A stretch of 14,434 bases of DNA from the NCBI GenBank assembly GCA_964518475.1, contig CAZFGR010000034.1:1-14434 (forward strand), in the 5' to 3' direction. This stretch comes from an uncultured Nitrososphaerota archaeon. GTDB lineage: Archaea; Asgardarchaeota; Njordarchaeia; Njordarchaeales; Njordarchaeaceae. How positions within the stretch are numbered: position 1 is the first letter of the stretch; each line of letters starts with the position of its first letter. Position numbers and translations under genes: made by a program. The notes under the pieces were generated by a model. It made no database searches. It was not told the origin of the DNA and was given only the letters and a program-made list of their open reading frames with translations. This document shows positions 1 through 9,222 of the stretch, piece by piece.

Positions 1-411
1 ACCTAACCGAACAATGGTAAAGTACCCATAAGCAATACCAGAAACCTTCCACAATGATGCACCAGAGGAATCATAGCAATATAGGGTACTACCAGCTGAA
101 GCAAATATATAGTTCTTATGGATGATAAATTGAAAGACATTCGATAAGGATATCTTAGTGAGTAAAGATTTATTGCTACCATTTAAAGCAAAGATCCTAG
201 ATGAATTAGATATCCATACAAGTAGTCCGTTATTGGAGCTATGAACTACAGCGTATCGCGGAGGACCATGCAGATCAAAAAGCAGACTAAGATTGGACAC
301 TACTTTGACACTATGAAAAATGGAAGAGTAGTTCCGAGCATCAAGACAACCTGCACTCAACAATAATAAAAGAATTATTGAAAAAACATAGAAATCTCTA
401 GTAGCGACCAT
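1..411 (-). CDS. 5' part of a putative secreted lipoprotein, possibly with PQQ-like beta-propeller repeats (runs off the window)
   Basis: Not in the ORF track. Open frame from ATG 411 to the edge (137 codons): MVATRDFYVFSIILLLLLSAGCLDARNYSS...YIFASAGSTLYCYDSSGASLWKV.... It has a hydrophobic signal with a lipobox-like LSAGC, a propeller-like LYCYDxxGxxLW motif and five N-x-S sequons. Confidence 0.75.
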   Translation of the reverse strand, partial: MVATRDFYVFSIILLLLLSAGCLDARNYSSIFHSVKVVSNLSLLFDLHGPPRYAVVHSSNNGLLVWISNSSRIFALNGSNKSLLTKISLSNVFQFIIHKNYIFASAGSTLYCYDSSGASLWKVSGIAYGYFTIVRLG

Positions 412-575
412 TAACCTCAACCCAGAAATCTAATAGCAGAAATCTGATAGATAACTATAAATGATTACTCTTCAATTCCAAACTTAAAATGGCTTATTAA
501 GATTTATCAAGAATTATCAAAATTAAAATTATAAGTTACAGCTATGACGAGACCAGACCTATGCTCTTTTAGATT

Positions 576-1724
576 TTAAGATCTACTTATAGATTTTCGA
601 TTTATACCTAAATATATGGCTTGAATTGCTTGGGCGATGATAAAGGCAAGGGCTAAGCCTAGTTCGCCTATAATGCTTCTCATGATTACTAGTCCAGTTA
701 TTAGCGAGACTATGTAGATTACGCCTGCGATGAAGACAGCTCTGCTTTTCCCATTTGCTAGGAGGCTGGCAGTTAGCATAGCTACGGCTGTTGATGGTAT
801 GACAGCTAGACTCATGAGTTGTACGATTGGAATGGAGTCAGCGAAGGATGGGAATAGGGTTTGTATTATGTGTGGACTTACTATATAGAAGGCGAGGGCG
901 AGGACTACGGCGAAGATCAGGCTGACTAATTTAAGTTCTTTCTTGCTTTTCCCGCTGGATTCTTCTGGTAGCAGATACCCGTATAGGCTACCAGATATTA
1001 TGCTTAGGAACATGAAGAATTGAAAGCCCAACTGGTACAGTCCTAGAGTATAATAGCCGAATAAGGAGCCTACGATGATTTTATCAAGGAAGTTTGGAAG
1101 GGTTTTTCCGATGAGATTATAGCCATAGGCGTGGAGGGCGAAACTCCATTTTTCTTTCAAGCTTTTGATTTTAAGGGTGAGGTTTCTAAGGGAAAGAAAG
1201 TATTTGTAGCTGAAGGCTAGGTAGCCTAAGAAGTAGCCCAGTATTATACCCGTTAAACCCGTGTGGAAGTAGAGGAGAAGCGAGGAGGTTATTTGGAGAA
1301 GCCTTGCTCCGATAGATAACAGGGCGTATTCTCGGTACATTTTTCTGCTCAGTAGTTCTGCCTGCGTCATGGTGAAGAAGAGCATGGTGGCTGAGAGAAT
1401 GCCTAAGCTCCAGTGGAAAATGGAGAGGCTGAAGGCTAAGATCAAGCCAGATATGAGGATTAGGGAATTTGCCTCGTAAAGAACTTCTTCCTCTCCTTTG
1501 GGCAGAAAAGCGATTACTGTGGTGTTCAACCCTATAGCACCTAAGGCTGTGAAAATAGAGGCTAAAGACAAGTAATAGTTCACTAAGCCATAACTGCTTA
1601 CTTCAAGAATAGTGGCTAGGATGAACCAGAAGAAAGCGCCCAAGACCGCTGAACCCATATTGCCTAAGGTAACGTAAACTAGGCCTATGTCCTCTTTCAA
1701 TAGCCTCTTGATCAATCCTCTCAT
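576..1724 (-). CDS. Oligosaccharide flippase (Wzx/AglR-like, MOP superfamily)
   Basis: 382 aa with ~11-12 hydrophobic segments. Motifs GNMGSAVLGAFFWFILATIL..SSYG and LDKIIVGSLFGYYTLGLYQLG are typical of polysaccharide-biosynthesis flippases. Glycosyltransferase context. Confidence 0.85.
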   Translation of the reverse strand: MRGLIKRLLKEDIGLVYVTLGNMGSAVLGAFFWFILATILEVSSYGLVNYYLSLASIFTALGAIGLNTTVIAFLPKGEEEVLYEANSLILISGLILAFSLSIFHWSLGILSATMLFFTMTQAELLSRKMYREYALLSIGARLLQITSSLLLYFHTGLTGIILGYFLGYLAFSYKYFLSLRNLTLKIKSLKEKWSFALHAYGYNLIGKTLPNFLDKIIVGSLFGYYTLGLYQLGFQFFMFLSIISGSLYGYLLPEESSGKSKKELKLVSLIFAVVLALAFYIVSPHIIQTLFPSFADSIPIVQLMSLAVIPSTAVAMLTASLLANGKSRAVFIAGVIYIVSLITGLVIMRSIIGELGLALAFIIAQAIQAIYLGINRKSISRS

Positions 1725-1988
1725 TATTTAACACCCTTGTCTTTGTTTTTCCTCTGCTTTATCCTTTCCTCTTTCAAGAAGCCTATAAATTGCAAAGCAA
1801 CGCCTACTACGAGCATGTAGTAAGTACATTCCGCAACCCTATCGGCTTGTACCGAGTAACTAATAGATAAGAGAACCGCGTAAGATAAAAGAAGAACATA
1901 AACTTAATAATAAAAGGGCTCTTGGGTCCTTCTTCATGTATTCCTCGGCTCTATGGAGGAGGATTTTTTACTTTAATCTTTTTTCCAC
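1724..1988 (-). pseudogene. Disrupted small two-TM membrane protein gene
   Basis: Start-less open frame 1903->1724 reads VYVLLLSYAVLLSISYSVQADRVAECTYYMLVVGVALQFIGFLKEERIKQRKNKDKGVK*, and its TAA overlaps the flippase ATG (TAATG). Upstream pieces (GTG 1988 EKRLK*KILLHRAEEYMKKDP; SPFIIKFM) lie in two other frames. Confidence 0.55.
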
Positions 1989-2133
1989 CCATTCAGTACA
2001 CCCTTACTCTTTACTTAGCCATAAATCGGCATGTAATACAGGCGATTGAGATGGTAATCAATATTATTGAGCCGTAGTAGAACTACATGCTACTTGTAAG
2101 GTTTTGGGTAAAGCTTGGTTCAAATTAGTATTC

Positions 2134-5100
2134 CTACTTAGAGACTCTAAACCGCCTTCGTTTAAAGAATCTTTTGAGTCTTCTCTCAATCTCTAGCACC
2201 CAAGTATCCCCCTTCTCCCTCCTCCAGTCGTAGAATAAGTAGACTATACAGCCTACATGCGTTGCAAGGGATACTCTCAAGCCGATTTTAAACCAATCCT
2301 GAGGCTTATATCGGATCACAATTTCAAGCTCACCAGTCTCATTTACCCAAAAACTATTGATAATCGAATATAGCGGAATGGGCTCAACAATTCCGACTTC
2401 TTTGCCATTCTTGTATACTCTAGCCTCCCAAAGCGGATCGTAGGTCATGGCAAATGAGAGCATGAATGGTCTCGTTGCGTTGACCCTAACTTTCCAAAGG
2501 GTAGGATTAATTTTCTGGTAGTCTATTATCTCAGCATATTCTTCCTTAGCTTCAAATAATTGATCTATCGTTCGATTGGTTTTGGTGGAGTATAGCCATA
2601 TGTTAAGGATGTAAGCTCGCGATAGCAAGTAAATAGTGATGTTACCAAACCACGTAGTAGCATTTCCTTTACTTGGATCGAGTACCCAACCAGCATTAAG
2701 GGCAGGTCTTATTTTAGTTATGTTCTCCGGGATTACGATTACAGCCTTATATTCTTTCCAATCCGAAGTGCCATCTTGCCCTGGAGGTACCTGTACTAGC
2801 TGCAAGGACTTACTCCATTTCTTTGTCACGTTGTCGAAGCCTAATATAGATATGTGACTTTGTTTAACGTTTTCATATCTCATGTGTGTGACGATCAAGT
2901 ATGCATTTCCGGGATTAACGTCTATAGGCTCCCCAAGTATCCAACTCCAATCTCGTTTATTTCTGCTCGTTACGACCTTCAACACATGTTCTTCATTAGG
3001 TCCTTCACGTGTGATATTGAGAACGTAACCTTTGGATATAGCCTCTTTGATATCCCATTCACGCAGATCTTTAAATGAATACTCCTTTAAAACTATAATG
3101 GGTGTTGTAATGGTCAAATTATACATTCCTTTCGATAAAAAGAGGGGTCCAAAATATTTGTAACTAAAATCAATGCTGCTGAATTTAAATCTCTGATTCG
3201 CGATCCTCGCCTCAAAGTAGCCTTTCCCATAGATAACTAGCGTATATCTGCCGCTTTTAGGAACATAAATATTTTCATTAACAGTTTTTCCCGACTTTAC
3301 GTAAAAAGTCTCTCCAGAATCGCCAACTATAATCATCTGTGGCATAGCCTCTACTATCTTATTCGGTTCTTCGTTAATCTCATATATTATTATGTCTCTG
3401 TTTTCAAAAATCTTTGTTATTAAACCTTCTTTTTCGAGGTTCTTTACGAATTTTATTGTTAATGGTGCAATTCTTATGTAGTATGGAAAATTTTCGTACT
3501 TCAGCGAGAAATCTTTATGTAAGACTATATATTTTATGCTTACAATCTTTAATAAATTCAAGAATGCCGAATAATCATTTGCTTCTATGTATCTAGACAA
3601 ATAATCTATAAATACTCTATCTGCCGGTGAGAAATGAGCGAACTGAATAACTGTGCTATGCGGCACAAATGCCCAGACTAATGACTTGAGAGCTACGCGG
3701 TTAACTTTTCCTGAAATATTATAAGAGTACGTTGCTGTAGGTGAGTATGGGACGACCAAAAGTCTGTAACTCGTTAAATCACTTAGATTTTTTCCTAATT
3801 GTTTTTCCAAGCGGAGATAATCTGTTGAGGATAGATCTATTTTATCAGTAGGGTGAACTATATTGCCCGTAAAGAAAGGGTAACCTAAGAAAGAAAACAG
3901 TATAAAAATTAACAACAAAATTGCATAAAAATGTTTAGATTTGAGCAGCATGTACATTCTTCTAAATAAAAATAGTAAGATTAGGCTATAAATAAGGATA
4001 AAAGAATAGATAAATCTATCATGGGGATGTCTAAAGAAGATTTCATGTATTTTTAGCAAATATATGCCTATTTCACTAAAGGGGTCTGCAGTACCCTTCA
4101 TAACTATGGGGAATAATATGAAAAAGGCGACTAAAATGAGGAATAATTTTTTTAAAGTTTTATCTTTTTCTTCGCTGTATAAGACTATTGAAAGGGCGAA
4201 TAATATTGGATGAATAAACAGCAAACTTGTGACTAAATTATTATTTAGATAAGATTCCGCCCAAGCAAAGGGATAGCTGTCCATATAAGTACTATGGAGA
4301 ACCCAATAACCAATAAATCGATAGATGTTTGCAATTGTGGTGAATTTAGATGCGTACTGGAGAATCTCTACTGTAGGCGTGTATGCTCTTGGTTTTGCAT
4401 TAAGAGCAGTGTATTTGCTTCCGATGATTTGTGGAGTAAAGGCCCAAAATATTAGTAATGTGAATACGGCAATGAATGTTAATGCTTTTAGTGCTAGAGC
4501 TTTTATGGTATAGTTTTTCTGCTTCACATACACTAAAGTAGTTATAAGAAAATACATAAAGAATAAATTAAAGAATCCAACTTGAGAAAATCCAGCCCCA
4601 AGGGGCGTCAAAAACGTCAATGCAGAAAGTAGAATGAACTTGAAGTTTGATGTGCATAGATACCGTAGATAAAAGTAGCAGAGTAGCGGGGTCGCCGCCA
4701 AAAACGGTGCCCAGCTCATATATCTGCCAAAAGACATGCTCATCGTGATTGGATTCACAACATAGAAGAATGAGACTACTATTAACGCTATTTTAACTTC
4801 ATTTTTCTCAACGTTTAAGCCGAGTAAAACTTTCCCTATTTCTCTGAAAAATAGCCATGAAAATGCAAATGCGGTGAATACGGTTAGATAATACATTATG
4901 AATTGAGATATAACTAACGCTTGCCAATAGTCAAGAAATATTGAGAAGAATTTTAATAAAAGTGTCTGGAAAAAGTAAAATGGAATTAAATTAAAACCAA
5001 ACCCTACTGTACCTAATGAGATCGAATCTCGCCAAGAATACATAACTACTTCATATAACATTCTTTCTGGGTTCAATGAGAATAATCCGTCTATTTGATG

Positions 5101-5235
5101 TATATAGTTCCATCCATCAAACCAGTTTATAACAGCTAAAGAAACAGAGAAGAATATAAGAATTTCGTACTTTATACTTATTATCTTATCGTAGATGCTT
5201 CTAATGATTCCTTTAATGGTTCGTCCTCTTCTCAT
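2134..5235 (-). CDS. Large GT-C-fold-like membrane glycosyltransferase (AftD/DUF3367/YfhO-like) with an extracellular CBM-like domain and a C-terminal TM anchor
   Basis: About 460-aa polytopic N-terminus (QIDG after TM1, FFYVVNP, FRHPHDRF, YPFFTG), then YRLLVVP and IKYIVLHKD. A CBM4/9-like segment follows (PIDVNPGNAY...GTSDWKEY...TWFGNITIY), then a YfhO-like tail (FMLSFAMTYDPLWEA...INSFWV), a final TM and a basic tail. Confidence 0.7.
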   Translation of the reverse strand: MRRGRTIKGIIRSIYDKIISIKYEILIFFSVSLAVINWFDGWNYIHQIDGLFSLNPERMLYEVVMYSWRDSISLGTVGFGFNLIPFYFFQTLLLKFFSIFLDYWQALVISQFIMYYLTVFTAFAFSWLFFREIGKVLLGLNVEKNEVKIALIVVSFFYVVNPITMSMSFGRYMSWAPFLAATPLLCYFYLRYLCTSNFKFILLSALTFLTPLGAGFSQVGFFNLFFMYFLITTLVYVKQKNYTIKALALKALTFIAVFTLLIFWAFTPQIIGSKYTALNAKPRAYTPTVEILQYASKFTTIANIYRFIGYWVLHSTYMDSYPFAWAESYLNNNLVTSLLFIHPILFALSIVLYSEEKDKTLKKLFLILVAFFILFPIVMKGTADPFSEIGIYLLKIHEIFFRHPHDRFIYSFILIYSLILLFLFRRMYMLLKSKHFYAILLLIFILFSFLGYPFFTGNIVHPTDKIDLSSTDYLRLEKQLGKNLSDLTSYRLLVVPYSPTATYSYNISGKVNRVALKSLVWAFVPHSTVIQFAHFSPADRVFIDYLSRYIEANDYSAFLNLLKIVSIKYIVLHKDFSLKYENFPYYIRIAPLTIKFVKNLEKEGLITKIFENRDIIIYEINEEPNKIVEAMPQMIIVGDSGETFYVKSGKTVNENIYVPKSGRYTLVIYGKGYFEARIANQRFKFSSIDFSYKYFGPLFLSKGMYNLTITTPIIVLKEYSFKDLREWDIKEAISKGYVLNITREGPNEEHVLKVVTSRNKRDWSWILGEPIDVNPGNAYLIVTHMRYENVKQSHISILGFDNVTKKWSKSLQLVQVPPGQDGTSDWKEYKAVIVIPENITKIRPALNAGWVLDPSKGNATTWFGNITIYLLSRAYILNIWLYSTKTNRTIDQLFEAKEEYAEIIDYQKINPTLWKVRVNATRPFMLSFAMTYDPLWEARVYKNGKEVGIVEPIPLYSIINSFWVNETGELEIVIRYKPQDWFKIGLRVSLATHVGCIVYLFYDWRREKGDTWVLEIERRLKRFFKRRRFRVSK

Positions 5236-5320
5236 TGGTTAGTAACCCCCCTAACCATCGATTTTAGCCCCTTACATTTGTCTCCACTCATCGAGCCCCA
5301 ATAGTCTATCACTCAAAAAA

Positions 5321-5337
5321 GTTTTAAAGTTTATTTC
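5321..5337 (-). promoter_or_regulatory. Possible BRE-TATA promoter for the 1033-aa gene
   Basis: Minus strand reads GAAATAAACTTTAAAAC about 85 nt upstream of ATG 5235. Motif resemblance only. Confidence 0.3.
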
Positions 5338-5415
5338 TAATAGGGATTGCACACCTTATCTATACTCTCTTTAACATCTGGAGGCTTATTAATGCCTCTT
5401 TAAAATCTCCTAGCC

Positions 5416-6747
5416 TCAAAGACATCGCTCTCGGAAAATTTTCATGACTATTTTAGAAATTTCCCAAATTTTTCGGTTCTTACTTATAAAGTCTTTTATT
5501 TTGTCTTCATTATTCTTGCTGTATATTAAGTATACTCCATCTAGTGTATGAGTACCATTGTGTGAGGGATCGACGGGAAGTCCAATTATTTCGTCTCTAC
5601 CAAACTTCGCTCCACTAAGTGGGTAGAATCCGTAGTTTGGTATGAGAAATATATCAGGTAGTTTAACATTCGTGTTTCTATATAGCTCTTTACTATCAAA
5701 TACGTACAGAAACACTTTTTTTCCATTGACTTTAAAGTTTTTAAGCATATCAATTATCATTCTCTTTAGATCTTCATCTTGAACGCTTATACTCCAAGAA
5801 TCAGAGTTATAAATGAGCCTCTCCGACACCTTAGATGTTATGACTTCTTTATCTTCGATGGAGAATACTTTCTTAGCGCATTGCACGACTCTTCTAAAAG
5901 GAGTATACCTCCAAGCGAGACGAATCAATACATTCAGAATCCTTCTCTTGAGATTATTTGAATTTCTACCGAAAACTTTTTTTAGTAAATTATCAACGTA
6001 GATAACCGCTTTTACCGTATTATGACCATGATCCGAAGCAACAATAAGCCAATCATCGCTTTCCATTTCTCTTAAAAATTTTGATAGTATCTCGTCAACT
6101 TTTTTATAAATGCTAAGTATTTTCGCTTCATCCCTGTAAAAATGCTGAGCAACATCGGTTTCTCTAAAAACAAACCAGAAAACGTCAAATTCACTAAGTT
6201 TCAATAGTCTTAAATATGCCTCGGTTCTTTTATCCATCAAATCCAATAGATACTCAAAGGCTTCTTCCTTGTTCCTATGGTATTTCTTCCTAAACTCCAC
6301 TATATCTATATCTTTAGGCAGACCAATTCTATTCGCTAGAATATATGCCCATTCTTGCGGATATACTATCCTTTTGAAGTCATTGGTGGGCGTCGGGAAA
6401 CCAGAGACAATTAATCCATTGATGCTTTTATCAGGGGGGTAGGTCATAGGCACATTAACTACGCAGAATCTAAGATCTTTGAGATAATCCCACAGCTTCT
6501 TTACTTTTATATTATTGTAATTCATTACCTTGCGGGTTTCTACATTGATAAACCCATATATCCCATGCTCAGCTGGCGTTTTGCCAGTAAACATCGAAAC
6601 CCAAGCCGGAGCCGTCGATGGCGGAATCGTGCTTTCTAATTTACCGATAAAATTTCTGAGCTTTCTAAAAGCGGGTAAAGCACCTATATATTTTTGAATT
6701 CTATTATAATCCAATCCATCAAATCCTAGAATTGTTATCCTCATCAT
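5416..6747 (-). CDS. Alkaline phosphatase superfamily protein (type I phosphodiesterase/nucleotide pyrophosphatase family)
   Basis: Metal and nucleophile motifs ILGFDG, STIPPSTAPAWVSMFTGKTPAEHGIYGF, ETDVAQH, IVASDHGH, NGTHTLDG. No signal peptide. Overlaps the GT4 3' end; the start may be ATG 6744. Confidence 0.88.
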   Translation of the reverse strand: MMRITILGFDGLDYNRIQKYIGALPAFRKLRNFIGKLESTIPPSTAPAWVSMFTGKTPAEHGIYGFINVETRKVMNYNNIKVKKLWDYLKDLRFCVVNVPMTYPPDKSINGLIVSGFPTPTNDFKRIVYPQEWAYILANRIGLPKDIDIVEFRKKYHRNKEEAFEYLLDLMDKRTEAYLRLLKLSEFDVFWFVFRETDVAQHFYRDEAKILSIYKKVDEILSKFLREMESDDWLIVASDHGHNTVKAVIYVDNLLKKVFGRNSNNLKRRILNVLIRLAWRYTPFRRVVQCAKKVFSIEDKEVITSKVSERLIYNSDSWSISVQDEDLKRMIIDMLKNFKVNGKKVFLYVFDSKELYRNTNVKLPDIFLIPNYGFYPLSGAKFGRDEIIGLPVDPSHNGTHTLDGVYLIYSKNNEDKIKDFISKNRKIWEISKIVMKIFRERCL

Positions 6748-7873
6748 CCCGCCCCCAATATACTTTTAAGATCTTATCGCACACTTTTTCCCATCTCCAT
6801 TCCTGGGCTTTAGCTTTATTGTTCTCAGACATCTTGTTTACCAAATCTTCATTATTTAGTAGAGATATTACAGCATTCATAAATCCTTTCTCATTTGCCA
6901 CTACAAACCCATTCTCTTCATTCTCAACTAAATACTCTAAGGGAGTAATATTGCTGACGATTACGGGCTTACCTCTTGCCATGGCTTCTTTTACTATTAA
7001 TGGCTCTGTTTCGAAATGAGATACTAAGACCACAGCCAAAGCATTGTCTATAAGTTCATACTTTGATTCTCCGTAGACCTCTCCTAGGAATATCACTCTA
7101 TCTTGAAGTTTAAATTCTAAAATCAAATTGTTTAAGTACTTATAGTACTCTTTATCCTGTATGGAACCTGCTATGAGAAAGTTAATTCTAACCCTATCTT
7201 TTATTTTTCCAAGATTCCTGATTACGAACTCTAAATTCTTAATTCGCGAAATTCTGCCAATAAACAATAGGTATGGTGTATACACCTCTAAGTCAACACT
7301 TTCTTTCTTTGGTAAACTGTATGCTAATTTCTCAACAGCATTTGTAATCACAACTATTTTTCTAGCATTAACGTCCTCCCTGATTAATTGTTCTCTTTCC
7401 CATTCACTTACTGCTATAATTTTGTCTACCACGTGGTTTAAGAAGAATTTTCCTAAGGTTTTATGATATATTTGCTTAATAAACCCGCCAAAACTAGAAA
7501 AACCTTTCCACCATGGCGTAAATCCGCCGTGTAGAGTGATAACTAGCTTCGGAGTTCTCATTTTAAATAGTCTTCTGATGAATATTTTCAGGAAAATCCA
7601 GAAATGTGGGAAGACATTAAAATTATGAAGATGAATAACATCGACATCGTTGTCCTTAGGAACGTATCTCCAGAAATCCTTGTATCTGAATACTTTGATA
7701 CCATCTATAATTTCATAATCCTCTAAGATGCCCCGCTCTGTAAGGGTGTCCTTAGATGTGTGTATTTCGACGTCTATGTCTCTTTTTAGTAGCTCCTTAG
7801 CTAAATTGTAGCAATGGTTCTCTATCCCACCTTTTACGGGCAAGAAATATCTTGTTATAATAACAACCTTCAT
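6719..7873 (-). CDS. Glycosyltransferase family 4 (GT-B)
   Basis: FLPVKGGIE, DVIHLHN, LFIGRISRIKN, and the E-x7-E motif ETEPLIVKEAMARGKPVI; C-terminal W..WEKV. Confidence 0.93.
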   Translation of the reverse strand: MKVVIITRYFLPVKGGIENHCYNLAKELLKRDIDVEIHTSKDTLTERGILEDYEIIDGIKVFRYKDFWRYVPKDNDVDVIHLHNFNVFPHFWIFLKIFIRRLFKMRTPKLVITLHGGFTPWWKGFSSFGGFIKQIYHKTLGKFFLNHVVDKIIAVSEWEREQLIREDVNARKIVVITNAVEKLAYSLPKKESVDLEVYTPYLLFIGRISRIKNLEFVIRNLGKIKDRVRINFLIAGSIQDKEYYKYLNNLILEFKLQDRVIFLGEVYGESKYELIDNALAVVLVSHFETEPLIVKEAMARGKPVIVSNITPLEYLVENEENGFVVANEKGFMNAVISLLNNEDLVNKMSENNKAKAQEWRWEKVCDKILKVYWGRDDEDNNSRI

Positions 7874-8079
7874 TTTCTCACCACAGCATAAATGTTACAA
7901 CCCGGTCTAGGGATGATCTTCGAAATCATAAGATCAATGAGTTTCAACTGTCTCGGAACAATTCTGGTTTGAACAGTTTTATACTTCAGGATTTTGAATC
8001 CATAGTCTAATAACATTTCACGTAGACTTAGATAAGTAAACACCCTTAGATGCGCCACAACCTTCCCCTTCTCTTTCAT
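7870..8079 (-). pseudogene. C-terminal remnant of a probable class I SAM-dependent methyltransferase
   Basis: HLRVFTYLSLREMLLDYGFKI...IYAVVRK resembles the C-terminus of methyltransferases found in glycan loci. No SAM-binding motif is present. The stop overlaps the GT4 start (ATGA) and the 5' side lies ~60 bp from an IS end. Confidence 0.6.
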
Positions 8080-8137
8080 AAATTCTTAATTTATGATTTT
8101 TGATGAATGTACAACTTTTTCTAATATACTTCTTTTC

Positions 8138-9171
8138 GGCTTTGTTTCAAATTTCTCTTTTTGCCCCTTGTCTCGTTCAGCCTTCTAAGCCTCTCTCAGC
8201 CGTTTAATTAGGACTTAATGCGACGATCCTGGCCACGTTATAGGCTAGGACTACGATGAAGACGTCACAGACTCTTGCCTCCCAAGATCTACTATAGAAC
8301 ATATCCCTAACCATAGCCTTTGGAGAGGAAAATGCGTCCTCTATGAGACTCCTAACATTACCAACCAAGTCTCGGAAAGTCTCATAGTTTATCCAAGCCT
8401 TGAGTCTAGATCCGCCTTTGAGTGTCAACTTCCCCGGCCTAGTTGAGATAATCGGAACAAGTCCACATCTTTCTAAGCTCTCTACGACGTCGGCTATATT
8501 ATACCTCTTGTTTGCGAGAGCTCCTCAGAAAATCCCAGTACTCATTAAGGCTTTGAGGAGGTAGTTTCTGAAGGCATCGATCTCCAGAGCGTACAGAGCA
8601 GTCAACAACAAGCATTCCCGTTGCTTTCTCATTCGCTTTAGATAATGACTTGACGTCCTCCCGAGCCTGATACCAGTTCTGTCCACAATGCTAATAATTT
8701 TCCACAGATCCTCGTTCTTGCCAGTTCATGGAAGAATGAGCCTTATCAACAGAGCTACTGTTGCTAGGAGATCAGTCTTCCACCTATGCACGGATGCTAG
8801 GCTCGGCACTCTTTCCAAGCCAATTCTCCCGCATGTGTTGAAGTCTCTTGAGGTCGTCTAATGCTCGTCTATAGTTCCGGTTGTTAAGGAGTATCCATGC
8901 CAGAACAGCTATCTTAGAGGCTATGGAGTACCCCTTCGGTCTCTTCTCTTTCTCTGGCTGGGTAGGCTTTTCTTAGCTAGTTTATAAATGGCCCTAATAA
9001 TTATAAACTTGCCGAGCCAACATATTTTCGTTGGGACGCCCCTTTTTTTCTCGTGGGGTCGCAGGCAATACGTTTATAATACCTATAAAGGCGCCCCACC
9101 ACAAAGCCACTACAAAGCCATTAACTGGCAAGAACTAGGCTGAGAAAAGAGATAAATTTGAAAACACAGCC
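8138..9171 (-). mobile_element. Degenerate IS5-family insertion sequence (~1034 bp)
   Basis: Imperfect terminal inverted repeats: GGCTTTGTTTCAAATTT at 8138 versus reverse complement GGCTGTGTTTTCAAATTT ending at 9171. The GGCTTTG start resembles IS903-type ends. Encloses a broken DDE transposase. Confidence 0.82.
8204..9031 (-). pseudogene. IS5-family DDE transposase pseudogene
   Basis: Stitched across frameshifts: RPKGYS...NYRRALDDL; GLERVPSLASVHRW; SIVDRTGIRLGRTSSHY (first Asp); LANKRYN (decayed ADKGYD); RSLIEDAFS (Glu); VLAYN. Has an in-frame TGA, and ACG at 9031 where the second copy has ATG. The 74-aa ORF 8204..8428 is its tail. Confidence 0.82.
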
Positions 9172-9222
9172 TTTCTTTAGAGAATTTTCCATATCACTTT
9201 ATCGTAGATAATACTGAGGATC

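Noticed and set aside
2636-4513. Plus-strand ORFs 2636..2857, 2854..3078, 3414..3596, 4325..4513
   Set aside because: Short, antisense to the 1033-aa gene, no recognisable motifs.
2134-5235. Calling the large membrane protein aglB
   Set aside because: No WWDxG motif; the architecture fits AftD/YfhO-like proteins better.
5779-7466. Plus-strand ORFs 5779..5961, 5813..6001, 6732..7019, 7161..7466
   Set aside because: Antisense shadows of the AlkP-family and GT4 genes.
8129-9180. Target-site duplication around the IS (CTTCTTTTC vs TTTCTTTAG)
   Set aside because: Only 6/9 match in low-complexity sequence.
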